From an uncultured Candidatus Saccharibacteria bacterium (lineage in GTDB: Bacteria > Patescibacteriota > Saccharimonadia > Saccharimonadales > Saccharimonadaceae): a DNA stretch of 64,000 nt. Under the pieces are notes generated by a model. It did not search any database. It saw only the letters and a list, made by a program, of their open reading frames with translations, and was not told the origin of the DNA. Positions 1-8,902 of the stretch are shown here, piece after piece; the stretch's first letter is position 1; each line of letters starts with the position of its first letter. The stretch spans positions 82,011 through 146,010 of the forward strand of contig CAUSLI010000002.1 of NCBI GenBank assembly GCA_963532885.1. Reading direction: 5' to 3'. The position numbers and the translations under genes were made by a program.

Positions 1-8
1 CTCGCACC

Positions 9-38
9 ATCTGGCCAGAACATTTTCGGCGTAGTGAG
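9..38 (+). repeat. dispersed intergenic repeat, copy 1 (truncated by window edge)
   Basis: ATCTGGCCAGAACATTTTCGG-N4-GTGAG, same core as 3800-3830 and reverse complement of 51497-51527. Confidence 0.8.
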
Positions 39-231
39 TATGCCGTGAGGGCACTGTACCGATTCTGGGATTATGAATGAAGACTTAGATAAGCAATGAC
101 CGAGAGATGCTTCACTCAAATAGTATTTTATCTGGCAAGCGCAAGCAACAATGCCAGCCATTTTTCTGCAAACTCTCCTCACACCCCAGCAAATAATGGT
201 ACAATAAAGGAAAACCAAGAAGGAGATCGCG

Positions 232-786
232 ATGTTTGATACCACCCCCTACGAAGAAAAGATGAACCATGTGCTGGAGCACCTGGAGGAGCGCCTGGGG
301 AAGATCCGCACCGGCCGGGCTCACGCCAGTATGCTGGATGGCATTATGGTCGAGGCGTATGGCACCAGCATGCCGCTCAACCAAGTGGCTAACGTGACGG
401 CACCAGAGGCAACACTGCTGCAGATCACGCCATTTGACCCAGCTAATTTGCAAAAGATTGCCAGCGCCATCCGAGCCGATCAAGCGCTTGGCCTCAACCC
501 CAGCGACGATGGTCACGTCGTCCGTGTGCCAGTGCCACCACTGACGGAGGAGCGCCGCAAGCAACTGGTTAAGCAAGCCAGCGAGAAGGTAGAAGAAGCA
601 CGCATTGCCCTGCGTGGGGTGCGCCAAGACGCCCTGAAGGACGCCAAACGCCGCAAAGAAGCCAAAGAGCTGAGCGAAGATGACGTGAAGGCGGTGGAGA
701 AGGAGATCGATCGCCTCATGGCACAGCACCAAGCCACGATAGAAGCCGCCTTTGCTGCTAAAGAGAAGGATATTTTGACGATTTAA
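232..786 (+). CDS. frr: ribosome recycling factor
   Basis: KIRTGRA, NPSDDG, PPLTEERRK and terminal KEKDIL motifs; AAGGAG SD upstream; precedes uppS. Confidence 0.97.
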   Translation: MFDTTPYEEKMNHVLEHLEERLGKIRTGRAHASMLDGIMVEAYGTSMPLNQVANVTAPEATLLQITPFDPANLQKIASAIRADQALGLNPSDDGHVVRVPVPPLTEERRKQLVKQASEKVEEARIALRGVRQDALKDAKRRKEAKELSEDDVKAVEKEIDRLMAQHQATIEAAFAAKEKDILTI

Positions 787-838
787 TGATGCGCTCTCTG
801 CTGACGTCCGTAACCAACCATCCATCATGGAGCCAGGC

Positions 839-1534
839 ATGAGTGCTACCACGCACTTGCCGCAGCATGTTGGCTATATTGTCGATGGCAACCGGCGCTG
901 GGCCAAGCAGCGTGGCCTCTCTGCCCAAGAGGGGCACAGCGCGGGCTACGAGAAGCTGCGCGATATTACTCTTACTACCATCGAGCGTGGCGTGCCCTAC
1001 GTCAGCGCCTATATCTTTAGCACCGAGAACTGGCACCGCAGCGGCCCAGAGGTCAAGCACCTGATGAATCTGCTGGTGACGATGCTCGACCAAGACCTGC
1101 CGATCTTCATCGAGCATGGGGTGCGCATCCGCGTGGCAGGGACGCGCCTGCGCCTGAGTCGGCGGGTCAAGAAGGCGATCGATACTGCCGAGGCTGCCAC
1201 CAAGGATTTGCAGCAGGGTACGATGGTGCTGTCGTTTAATTATGGTGGGCAGCAGGAGATTATCGATGCGGTCAATCGCTTGCGCAAAACGCTTTCTGTC
1301 CACAAGAAGGTAACAGCGCAGATCTTTGAGCAATTTTTGTATACACCAGATGTGCCACCGTGTGATTTGATCGTTCGTACCAGTGGTGAGCAGCGACTGA
1401 GCAACTTCATGCTGTGGCGCAGTGCCTATAGCGAGCTGCTGTTTCTCGATAAACCATGGCCGGATATGACGCACGCCGACGTCGATGCTTTGCTGGCTGA
1501 GTATGCCCGGCGGCAGCGACGCTTTGGAGGATAA
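839..1534 (+). CDS. uppS: undecaprenyl diphosphate synthase (isoprenyl transferase)
   Basis: HVGYIVDGNRRWA, FSTENW, RTSGEQRLSNFMLW, RRFGG; alternative start at 827. Confidence 0.96.
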   Translation: MSATTHLPQHVGYIVDGNRRWAKQRGLSAQEGHSAGYEKLRDITLTTIERGVPYVSAYIFSTENWHRSGPEVKHLMNLLVTMLDQDLPIFIEHGVRIRVAGTRLRLSRRVKKAIDTAEAATKDLQQGTMVLSFNYGGQQEIIDAVNRLRKTLSVHKKVTAQIFEQFLYTPDVPPCDLIVRTSGEQRLSNFMLWRSAYSELLFLDKPWPDMTHADVDALLAEYARRQRRFGG

Positions 1535-1546
1535 CGAAGGAGGAGT

Positions 1547-2713
1547 ATGGAGATAGTAATAGGTATTATTATTGGGGTAATCGCACTGACGCTACTAGTG
1601 GCAACGCACGAGCTAGGCCACGGTATTGTGGCGCGGCGCAATGGTGTGGTAGTGGAGGAATTTGGCATTGGCTTTCCACCGCAGGCCTATAGCAAAGTGA
1701 TCAAAAAAAGTATTCTGGGCGAGAATGTCCGCTTCTCGCTCAACTGGCTGCCGCTGGGTGGCTTTGTTAAATTGCAGGGCGAGCACGATGCGGCTGATCA
1801 GCCTGGTGATTATGGTGCAGCAACCTTTTGGCAAAAGACCAAAATCTTGCTGGCTGGCGTGACCGTCAACTGGCTGACCGCAGTGGTACTCCTTACTGGC
1901 CTAGCCTGGGTGGGCCTACCCAAGATGATAGACAACCAATTTTACCTACCAAACGATGCAGTGGTGAGCAACCATCCAGTGCAGCTTGGTATGCTTACTC
2001 CTGGTTTGCCCGCCGCCAAGGCAGGCCTCCGCCAGGGTGATGCAATTAACCAGCTGGCTGGGCAAACGGTGCGTAGCACAACCGACCTAGCGCACTTTGC
2101 GAGCCAGCATAAGGGCGAAACCGTACCCGTAGTGTACACCCGCGGTGATAAGCAAGCCACTGCCATGGTGGCGCTGCGCAAAGATAATCCCGACCGCAAA
2201 GGCTACCTAGGGGCAGAGCTCACCAAGCAGCAAGATACAATCCGCGCCACCTGGTCGGCACCGATTGTCGGTGTGGTGACAACGGCGCAGCTCACTGGGG
2301 CGACGCTCCAGGGCCTGGGTGATATGGTGGTAAATCTCGCCACTAGTCTGGTGCAGCAGTTTAGTAGCGACAGCGCGACGAGCCAGCAGGCCAAGCAAAA
2401 CTTATCGCAGGTGGGTAATGCCGTGGCTGGCCCGGTAGGGATCTTTGCCATTATCTTCCCGGCGGCGGGGCAGGCCGGTGTGGTGCATGTGCTGCTGCTG
2501 ACGGCGATCATTGCGTTGTCGCTGGCAGTGATGAATATCTTGCCCATTCCTGCGCTCGATGGTGGCCGCTGGACAGTGATGGCGATCTTCCGCCTGTTGC
2601 GCAAGCCACTTAGCAAGCAGATGGAAGAGAATATTCAAGCAGCTGGCTTCTTGTGTTTGCTGGGCTTGATTGTGCTCGTGACGATTGCTGATATAGGGAA
2701 GTTGGTGCACTGA
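1547..2713 (+). CDS. rseP: RIP/M50 intramembrane zinc metalloprotease with PDZ domain
   Basis: HELGH, LPLGGFVKL, NILPIPALDGG; frr-uppS-rseP synteny. Confidence 0.93.
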   Translation: MEIVIGIIIGVIALTLLVATHELGHGIVARRNGVVVEEFGIGFPPQAYSKVIKKSILGENVRFSLNWLPLGGFVKLQGEHDAADQPGDYGAATFWQKTKILLAGVTVNWLTAVVLLTGLAWVGLPKMIDNQFYLPNDAVVSNHPVQLGMLTPGLPAAKAGLRQGDAINQLAGQTVRSTTDLAHFASQHKGETVPVVYTRGDKQATAMVALRKDNPDRKGYLGAELTKQQDTIRATWSAPIVGVVTTAQLTGATLQGLGDMVVNLATSLVQQFSSDSATSQQAKQNLSQVGNAVAGPVGIFAIIFPAAGQAGVVHVLLLTAIIALSLAVMNILPIPALDGGRWTVMAIFRLLRKPLSKQMEENIQAAGFLCLLGLIVLVTIADIGKLVH

Positions 2714-2819
2714 TGCAGGTTATGCAGTGTAGCAGGGCAGAGCGTTATCGTGGAGGGTTGCACCGCAGGGAGGTGTGGTTGCTCAATCACGCAATGGTAA
2801 TACATAAGGAACTCACTTC

Positions 2820-3617
2820 ATGATACGTGTTGCTCTCCGCCCCAAAGCCGCTCACCCCTCCCAGCCCAAGACACCGCTCACACCACGCCAGCGCCTGCTG
2901 CGCGGTGCCTCGTGGCTCGGTTGGCCGCTGTGGGTGTGGCTGAGCTTTATGGGGGCGGGGTTACTCTGTAGTGCAGTACTCTACCTTCTCTTTCATGGCC
3001 AAGAGTCGGTGCCAGTCTTGCCGCTCATTATGATGCAAACGGCGGTCTATGTGGTGGCATTGGCGCTGCTGATTGGCCTGCCGTGGCTGGTGCAGCGCGC
3101 ACGGCCCAAGATGCCAGCGAGCTTTCGCACCACCTGGCGCCAGCTTGGGTGGCGGCGCTCGCTGCAGTGGCGCGACTTTGGTTGGGCGCTGGTGGGCTTT
3201 ATTATCTATATCGTGCTGTCGATGATCGCACTGGCGGCGGCCAAGCAGTGGCTGCCTGGCTTTGACGCGACTCAGGCACAGAACCTCGGCTACCAGCAGC
3301 TCTATGGCGCAGAGCGTTTGCTCGCCTTTGCAATGTTGGTGGTGGTGGCGCCAGTGGCCGAGGAGCTGGTGTTTCGCGGCTATTTGTATAGCAAGCTCCA
3401 TGCCGCGCACATGCCAGTGTGGCTTATTACCGTAGTGGTGAGTGGGCTCTTTGGCTATGTGCACGGCCAGCTCAACGTTGGCATCGATGTGGCGATGCTC
3501 AGCGTGGTGCTGGTGGCACTGCGCCACACAACTGGCACAATATGGCCCGGCATTCTCATCCATATGGTCAAGAACACGATTGCATTCTTGGCGGTGTTTG
3601 TCTTTATGGTGGGATGA
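2820..3617 (+). CDS. CPBP (CAAX/Abi) family intramembrane glutamic endopeptidase
   Basis: APVAEELVFRG, LFGYVHG, IHMVKN motifs; multiple TM helices. Confidence 0.9.
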   Translation: MIRVALRPKAAHPSQPKTPLTPRQRLLRGASWLGWPLWVWLSFMGAGLLCSAVLYLLFHGQESVPVLPLIMMQTAVYVVALALLIGLPWLVQRARPKMPASFRTTWRQLGWRRSLQWRDFGWALVGFIIYIVLSMIALAAAKQWLPGFDATQAQNLGYQQLYGAERLLAFAMLVVVAPVAEELVFRGYLYSKLHAAHMPVWLITVVVSGLFGYVHGQLNVGIDVAMLSVVLVALRHTTGTIWPGILIHMVKNTIAFLAVFVFMVG

Positions 3618-3743
3618 TAGGGAAGAACGAGCTGGCCAGCGAGCTTAACTCAGAAATCTTATTTTGTGTCGATATCTTTTCTCCCGTATCAATCCTAGAA
3701 CCCCTCTTTCTTGGCATCTCTCTACTGGCGCAGGAGCACATCT

Positions 3744-3830
3744 AACAAGAAAATATCTGGAGGCCAGCAACCAAATATACGGGAAAGCACCACCATTCTA
3801 TCTGGCCAGAACATTTTCGGTTTGGTGAGC
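3744..3830 (+). repeat. dispersed intergenic repeat, copy 2
   Basis: AACAAGAAAATATCTGGAGGCCAGC...ATCTGGCCAGAACATTTTCGG...GTGAGC aligns over about 87 nt with reverse complement of 51497-51582. Confidence 0.85.
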
Positions 3831-3927
3831 TTCTGGGCTAGCGATGGTTTTTGAGGTGAGATTATGAGTATTCAGCCTGGCTGTCTCATGCCACTTTTGC
3901 CAATATTGTGTTACTATAAGAGAGATT

Positions 3928-5649
3928 ATGCGATTATCACACACCTTTACCCGTACCCGCAAACAAGCCCCCGCCGATGAGGTGGCGCACAACGCTCAGC
4001 TGCTGATTCGCGCTGGCTACGTGCACAAGACGATGGCCGGCGTCTATTCCTACACGCCGCTGGGCCTGGCCGTGCTCGAGAATATCAAGCAGATTGTCCG
4101 CGAAGAAATGAACCGCATCAGTAGCCAAGAACTGCTGATGAGCACCCTGCAGCGCCAGGAGCTCTGGCAGGAGACTGGCCGCTGGAGTGATGAGCTGGTG
4201 GATGTATGGTTCAAATCGCACCTGCAAGATGGCACCGAAGTTGGCTTTGGCTGGACGCACGAGGAGCCGATTATCGAACTGCTGCGTAGCTACCTTAAGA
4301 GTTACAAAGACCTGCCTATCAGCGTCTACCAATTCCAGAACAAACTCCGCAACGAGCTGCGCGCCAAGAGCGGCATCATGCGCGGGCGTGAGTTTATCAT
4401 GAAGGATATGTATAGCATCCACGTCAGCAAGGAAGATCTGGACGCCTACTACCAAGCGGTCATCGAGGCCTACAAGCGCTGCTACCATCGCTTTGGCCTG
4501 GGGGATGACACCTACGTGACGTTTGCCAGCGGTGGGGCCTTTACCAAATTTAGCCACGAATTCCAGACGATTTGCGCGGCGGGTGAGGACGATATTTTCA
4601 TCGTGCCAAGTACGAATGTTGCCTATAACGCCGAAGTTGCACCAGTGCGTGCAACGTCGAACCCGGACGCCGGTGCTGCCATGAAGCCACTAGGTATTTT
4701 AGACGACGAAAATATTATCGGCGCAGAGGCGCTAACGAAAGCGCTGGACATCCCGCGCACAGCTAGCACCAAGTCAATGTTGTACGATTCGCCAGATGGT
4801 ATGTTGCTGGCGGTCGTACGGAGTGACTATGAAATTAACGAAGATAAGCTCAAGGCGGTGGCGAACGTACCATGGCTGCGCCTGGCGGATGGCGAACAGA
4901 TTGAGGCAACAACAGGGGCGAAGCTCGGCTTTGCTGGGCTGTATAATCTACCAGAGAATGTGCGGCTGTTTGTCGATGATTCATGTGAAGATATGGTGAA
5001 CTTTGAAACTGGTGCCAATAAAACTGGCCAGCATGCCTACAATGCTAACTGGGGCCGTGATATACCGCGACCAAGCGAGTTTGTCGAGATTAAACTCGCG
5101 AAAGAAGGTGATATTTCGCCTGAGACTGGCGAAGTCTACCAAAAACGTCGCACGGCCGAGGTGGGCAATATCTTTAACTTTGGCACCCAAAAATCAGAGG
5201 AGATGGGCCTGGTCTTTACCGGCGAGGATGGCCGCCAGCACCACGCCTACATGGGCAGCTACGGCATTGGCATCACCCGCGTGATGGGTGTGATTGTAGA
5301 GAAATTCGCCGACGACAAAGGCCTGGTGTGGCCCGAGGAAGTAGCACCAGCCCGCGTGCATCTGGTGCAGATTGGCAAGGAATCGGTCGCAGCGGCCGAT
5401 GAGCTCTACGATACACTGCAGCAGGCTGGCATCAGCGTGCTGTATGACGACCGCGCCGCTCGTCCCGGGGAAAAATTTGCCGATGCAGAGCTACTCGGCA
5501 TGCCAACCCGCGTCACGGTGAGCGACCGACTGCTTGAGACAGAGGAGTGGGAGGTCGTAGATCGCCGGACGGGCAAGCAGCAGCGCTTGACGACAAGCCA
5601 ATTGCTTGCTACACTGGGTAACCATTGCGGAGCTTGTCGCAAGGTATAG
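3928..5649 (+). CDS. proS: prolyl-tRNA synthetase with INS/YbaK-like editing domain
   Basis: LLIRAGY, FQNKLRNELR, GIMRGREFIMKD, EVGNIF, MGSYGIG, anticodon-binding domain. Confidence 0.96.
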   Translation: MRLSHTFTRTRKQAPADEVAHNAQLLIRAGYVHKTMAGVYSYTPLGLAVLENIKQIVREEMNRISSQELLMSTLQRQELWQETGRWSDELVDVWFKSHLQDGTEVGFGWTHEEPIIELLRSYLKSYKDLPISVYQFQNKLRNELRAKSGIMRGREFIMKDMYSIHVSKEDLDAYYQAVIEAYKRCYHRFGLGDDTYVTFASGGAFTKFSHEFQTICAAGEDDIFIVPSTNVAYNAEVAPVRATSNPDAGAAMKPLGILDDENIIGAEALTKALDIPRTASTKSMLYDSPDGMLLAVVRSDYEINEDKLKAVANVPWLRLADGEQIEATTGAKLGFAGLYNLPENVRLFVDDSCEDMVNFETGANKTGQHAYNANWGRDIPRPSEFVEIKLAKEGDISPETGEVYQKRRTAEVGNIFNFGTQKSEEMGLVFTGEDGRQHHAYMGSYGIGITRVMGVIVEKFADDKGLVWPEEVAPARVHLVQIGKESVAAADELYDTLQQAGISVLYDDRAARPGEKFADAELLGMPTRVTVSDRLLETEEWEVVDRRTGKQQRLTTSQLLATLGNHCGACRKV

Positions 5650-5700
5650 CCATGCCCCTGGCATGCCCTACCGACTTTGCAAGAAAGGAGTATGAAGATA

Positions 5701-6159
5701 ATGAAAAAAACCTACCAGATTACTGATACTGGCCGCCAAGAGCTCGAGGCAGAGCTGGAGGAGCTGAAGGGCCGTCGCGGCGAGATTGCCGAGAAGATTG
5801 CTGAGGCTCGCGACTACGGCGACCTGAGTGAAAACGCCGAGTACGACAGCGCTCGCGAAGAGCAAGGCGTGGTAGAGACGCGCATTGCCGAAATCGAGGA
5901 GATCTTGCTTAATGCTGAGCAGATTACTGCCCCAAGCACCGGCGCCATCCACCTGGGCAGCACCGTCTCCCTCGCCTCAGACGCTGGGCTAGAGAAGACC
6001 TACACAGTGGTAGGCCCAGTTGAGGCCGACCCGCTGGAGAACAAGATCAGCGACGAATCGCCTCTGGGCCAAGCCTTGCTGGGCCATCGCGCAGGCGAGC
6101 AGGTGACGATCACTACCCCCAAGGGCGAGATTACCTACACCATCCAGCAGGTGCAGTAA
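5701..6159 (+). CDS. greA: transcription elongation factor GreA
   Basis: ARDYGDLSENAEY, ISDESPLGQAL; AAGGAG SD favours ATG at 5701. Confidence 0.96.
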   Translation: MKKTYQITDTGRQELEAELEELKGRRGEIAEKIAEARDYGDLSENAEYDSAREEQGVVETRIAEIEEILLNAEQITAPSTGAIHLGSTVSLASDAGLEKTYTVVGPVEADPLENKISDESPLGQALLGHRAGEQVTITTPKGEITYTIQQVQ

Positions 6160-6181
6160 GCGTATCTCAACGATGAATACT

Positions 6182-6212
6182 AGACCGAGCAGTACGAGCT
6201 GCTCGGTTTTTT
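6182..6212 (+). terminator. intrinsic terminator after greA
   Basis: ACCGAGCAG/CTGCTCGGT stem followed by T tract. Confidence 0.85.
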
Positions 6213-6527
6213 ATTAGGACTGGCAGGGGTAGGGGTTGATTTGCACATGGCGCATGTCTCTGGCTCTTGTGGTTTATTTATGGTGCGCGTTTGCCTTTCT
6301 CCTATCGCGTTTGCCTGATGGCACGAGAAAGCTCATGGTGAGTGGCTGGCCTCTGATCTTGGCATGAGAAAAGCGCATATATACGCAAAAAGCCTAGTCT
6401 AATAGCGCTCAATCTGCGGGCAATGTGCAAGAACCATCCTCAACCATAAGCAATTCACCATCATTGCATTATCGGCGATGTTATGCTATGATAGGTAGTC
6501 AACCATAACAGCCCAAGGAGACCGACG

Positions 6528-7175
6528 ATGGCTCGATACACACCACGGCACGCACACTACTCCCACAAGAAGCATACACATAATTGGCTAAACCATGAGC
6601 ATAATAAACACCCGGCAGTGCGGCGGCTCACCGCGATCGCGGCAGCTGCGGCAGCGCTGATTGGCGGTGGCTATCTTGGCTACCAGCACTATCAGCCTGG
6701 CGAAAAAACCTCGGCTACTGCAGCGCAGCCTACCTCTGGTGAGTTGGCAGCATATACAGAAGTTGATCCCTTCACGATTGACCCCAAGACGGGCGAACTT
6801 CACTGCGCTAACCCACAAAGTCAGGAGGTGAAGATTGCGGTAGAGAACTCACCAGTGGAGATTGCTAATCCTGATGGTACAGTGACACGAGCTTCATTGT
6901 ATTCTTATACAACCAACCAAGGCAACCAAAAGCGCACTATAGTAACTGTTGAGTACTCTCGAGAGGATTATACCGAGAAAGAATGGAGAGAAGCAGGTCA
7001 GATACCGTTTGCAGTCAAGGTAGATGGTGGGCACATAAACACTACAACAGAGCCGGACACCATTGGCTATACCGGCTCGGCTGTGAGAATATCAGAGAAT
7101 ACAACAGGCATAGGCAGGGAAGCGGTAATTTGCCTCCCGCCGCACAAACCTCAGCCAACACCGCCAAGTAGATAA
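6528..7175 (+). CDS. hypothetical membrane-anchored protein with His-rich N-terminus
   Basis: AAGGAG SD, TATGAT -10 upstream, single TM helix (AIAAAAAALIGGGYLGY), beta-rich ectodomain. Confidence 0.8.
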   Translation: MARYTPRHAHYSHKKHTHNWLNHEHNKHPAVRRLTAIAAAAAALIGGGYLGYQHYQPGEKTSATAAQPTSGELAAYTEVDPFTIDPKTGELHCANPQSQEVKIAVENSPVEIANPDGTVTRASLYSYTTNQGNQKRTIVTVEYSREDYTEKEWREAGQIPFAVKVDGGHINTTTEPDTIGYTGSAVRISENTTGIGREAVICLPPHKPQPTPPSR

Positions 7176-7233
7176 GCAACCTCATCGTCCTAGTCGACAA
7201 CCATCCCATTCTCCGCTATAATAGCAAGCAATT

Positions 7234-8739
7234 ATGGCGACATTACAAGATTACCGAGACGAACGATTACGAAAATTAGCAGCGCTGCGCGAGCTAGGTA
7301 TCGACCCTTACCCAGCGCACACCGAGCGCACACATGACTGTGCGACAGTGGTGGCGCAGTACGACGAACTGGCTGGCCAGGAGGTGGCGGTGGCGGGGCG
7401 CGTGGTATCTATCCGCAGTTTTGGCAAATTGGCCTTCATCAAGCTGCAAGACGCAAGTGGCGAGGTGCAGCTTTACTTGCAGCGCGGCACAATGGCCGAG
7501 CTCGACGCCTCGCGCGGTATCCTGGGGATGAAGCAGCTTAAGCTGCTTGATACAGGCGACTTTGTCGAGGCGACGGGCACAGTGCTGCGGACGAAGACGG
7601 GTGAGATTTCGGTGGGGGTGCGCGAGTTGCGCTTGCTGGCCAAAGCCCTGCGGCCACTGCCCGAAAAGCTCGAGAACAAAGAAGAGCGCTTTCGCCGCCG
7701 CTATGTGGATATGAACGTTAACCCGGCGGTGCGCCAGCGCTTTTACCGCCGCAGCACGTTTTGGCAGGCGACGCGCGATTACCTCAACCAACACGGCTTT
7801 ACTGAGGTCAACGTGCCGGTGCTGGAGCACACCACCGGTGGGGCGGATGCCAACCCGTTTGTGACCCACATGGACGCGCTGGACGGCCAGCAGTTTTACC
7901 TGCGGATTAGCCACGAGCTGCCGCTTAAGCGCCTGCTGGGGGCAGGGTTCGAGAAGGTGTATGACATTGGCCCGCGCTTTCGCAACGAGAATTATTCTGA
8001 TGAGCACCTGCCCGAGCACATCGCCATGGAGTGGTACGCCGCCTACTGGGACTGGCAGCAGGGCATGCGCTTTATGGAGGATATGTATAAGTATGTGCTG
8101 GAGCGGACGTTTGGCACGCTGCAGTTTACCCTGGGCGAGTTTGAGGTCGATATGAGTGGCCAGTGGCAGGTGTGGGACTACGCCGAGGTGATCCATAAGC
8201 ATTACGGGATTGATGTGTATAATACCACGATTGAGGAAGTCGCTGCTAAGCTGAAAGAACATGGCCTGGAGGTAGAAAAGACTGATTCCATCCCGCGCGG
8301 CATCGATAAATTGTGGAAGAATATCCGCAAGACGGTGGCTGGGCCCGTCTGGCTGGTTAATACGCCCAAGTTTATCAGCCCGCTGTCTAAAACCAACCCG
8401 GATAACCCGCAGACGGTGGAGCGTTTCCAGCCGGTGATTGCGGGTAGCGAGCTGGGTAATGGCTTTAGCGAGCTGAATGATCCGATTGACCAGCTGAACC
8501 GCTTTGTGGAGCAGCAGCAGATGCGCGACGCCGGCGACGAGGAGGCTATGATGCTGGATATCGACTACGTGGAAATGCTGGAATATGGTATGCCGCCGGC
8601 CTGTGGCTGGGGCTTTAGCGAGCGCGTTTTTTGGATCTTCGAAGGCGTCACGGCGCGTGAAGGTGTGCCATTCCCGCAGCTACGCAGCGAGGTGGACGGG
8701 ACCACCCGGGCGGTGTATTCAGGGGTGAAGCTGGATTAG
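7234..8739 (+). CDS. lysS: lysyl-tRNA synthetase (class II)
   Basis: RLRKL..LRELGIDPYP, GGADANPFVTH, YLRISHEL, FRNE, LEYGMPP. Confidence 0.97.
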   Translation: MATLQDYRDERLRKLAALRELGIDPYPAHTERTHDCATVVAQYDELAGQEVAVAGRVVSIRSFGKLAFIKLQDASGEVQLYLQRGTMAELDASRGILGMKQLKLLDTGDFVEATGTVLRTKTGEISVGVRELRLLAKALRPLPEKLENKEERFRRRYVDMNVNPAVRQRFYRRSTFWQATRDYLNQHGFTEVNVPVLEHTTGGADANPFVTHMDALDGQQFYLRISHELPLKRLLGAGFEKVYDIGPRFRNENYSDEHLPEHIAMEWYAAYWDWQQGMRFMEDMYKYVLERTFGTLQFTLGEFEVDMSGQWQVWDYAEVIHKHYGIDVYNTTIEEVAAKLKEHGLEVEKTDSIPRGIDKLWKNIRKTVAGPVWLVNTPKFISPLSKTNPDNPQTVERFQPVIAGSELGNGFSELNDPIDQLNRFVEQQQMRDAGDEEAMMLDIDYVEMLEYGMPPACGWGFSERVFWIFEGVTAREGVPFPQLRSEVDGTTRAVYSGVKLD

Positions 8740-8828
8740 GGTGACTTTGCGGCCTATACCCTAATAGATAAAGAGCGAGAAGAGAATCTGGCCATGAGTA
8801 GAGCAATTGCTAGGATTGATGTGAACTT

Positions 8829-8857
8829 GATGTCTCGGTAGTATACCCTTGACATAT
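8829..8857 (+). promoter_or_regulatory. sigma70-type promoter of the gene at 8903
   Basis: TTGACA-N17-CATAAT. Confidence 0.65.
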
Positions 8858-8902
8858 AAGACGAGACCCTACATAATAATGACACCAAAAAGAGGAAAGA
8901 CA

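Noticed and set aside
6240..6400. Further copy of the dispersed repeat (also 21190-21230)
   Set aside because: Only 8-10 nt fragments match; not distinguishable from chance.
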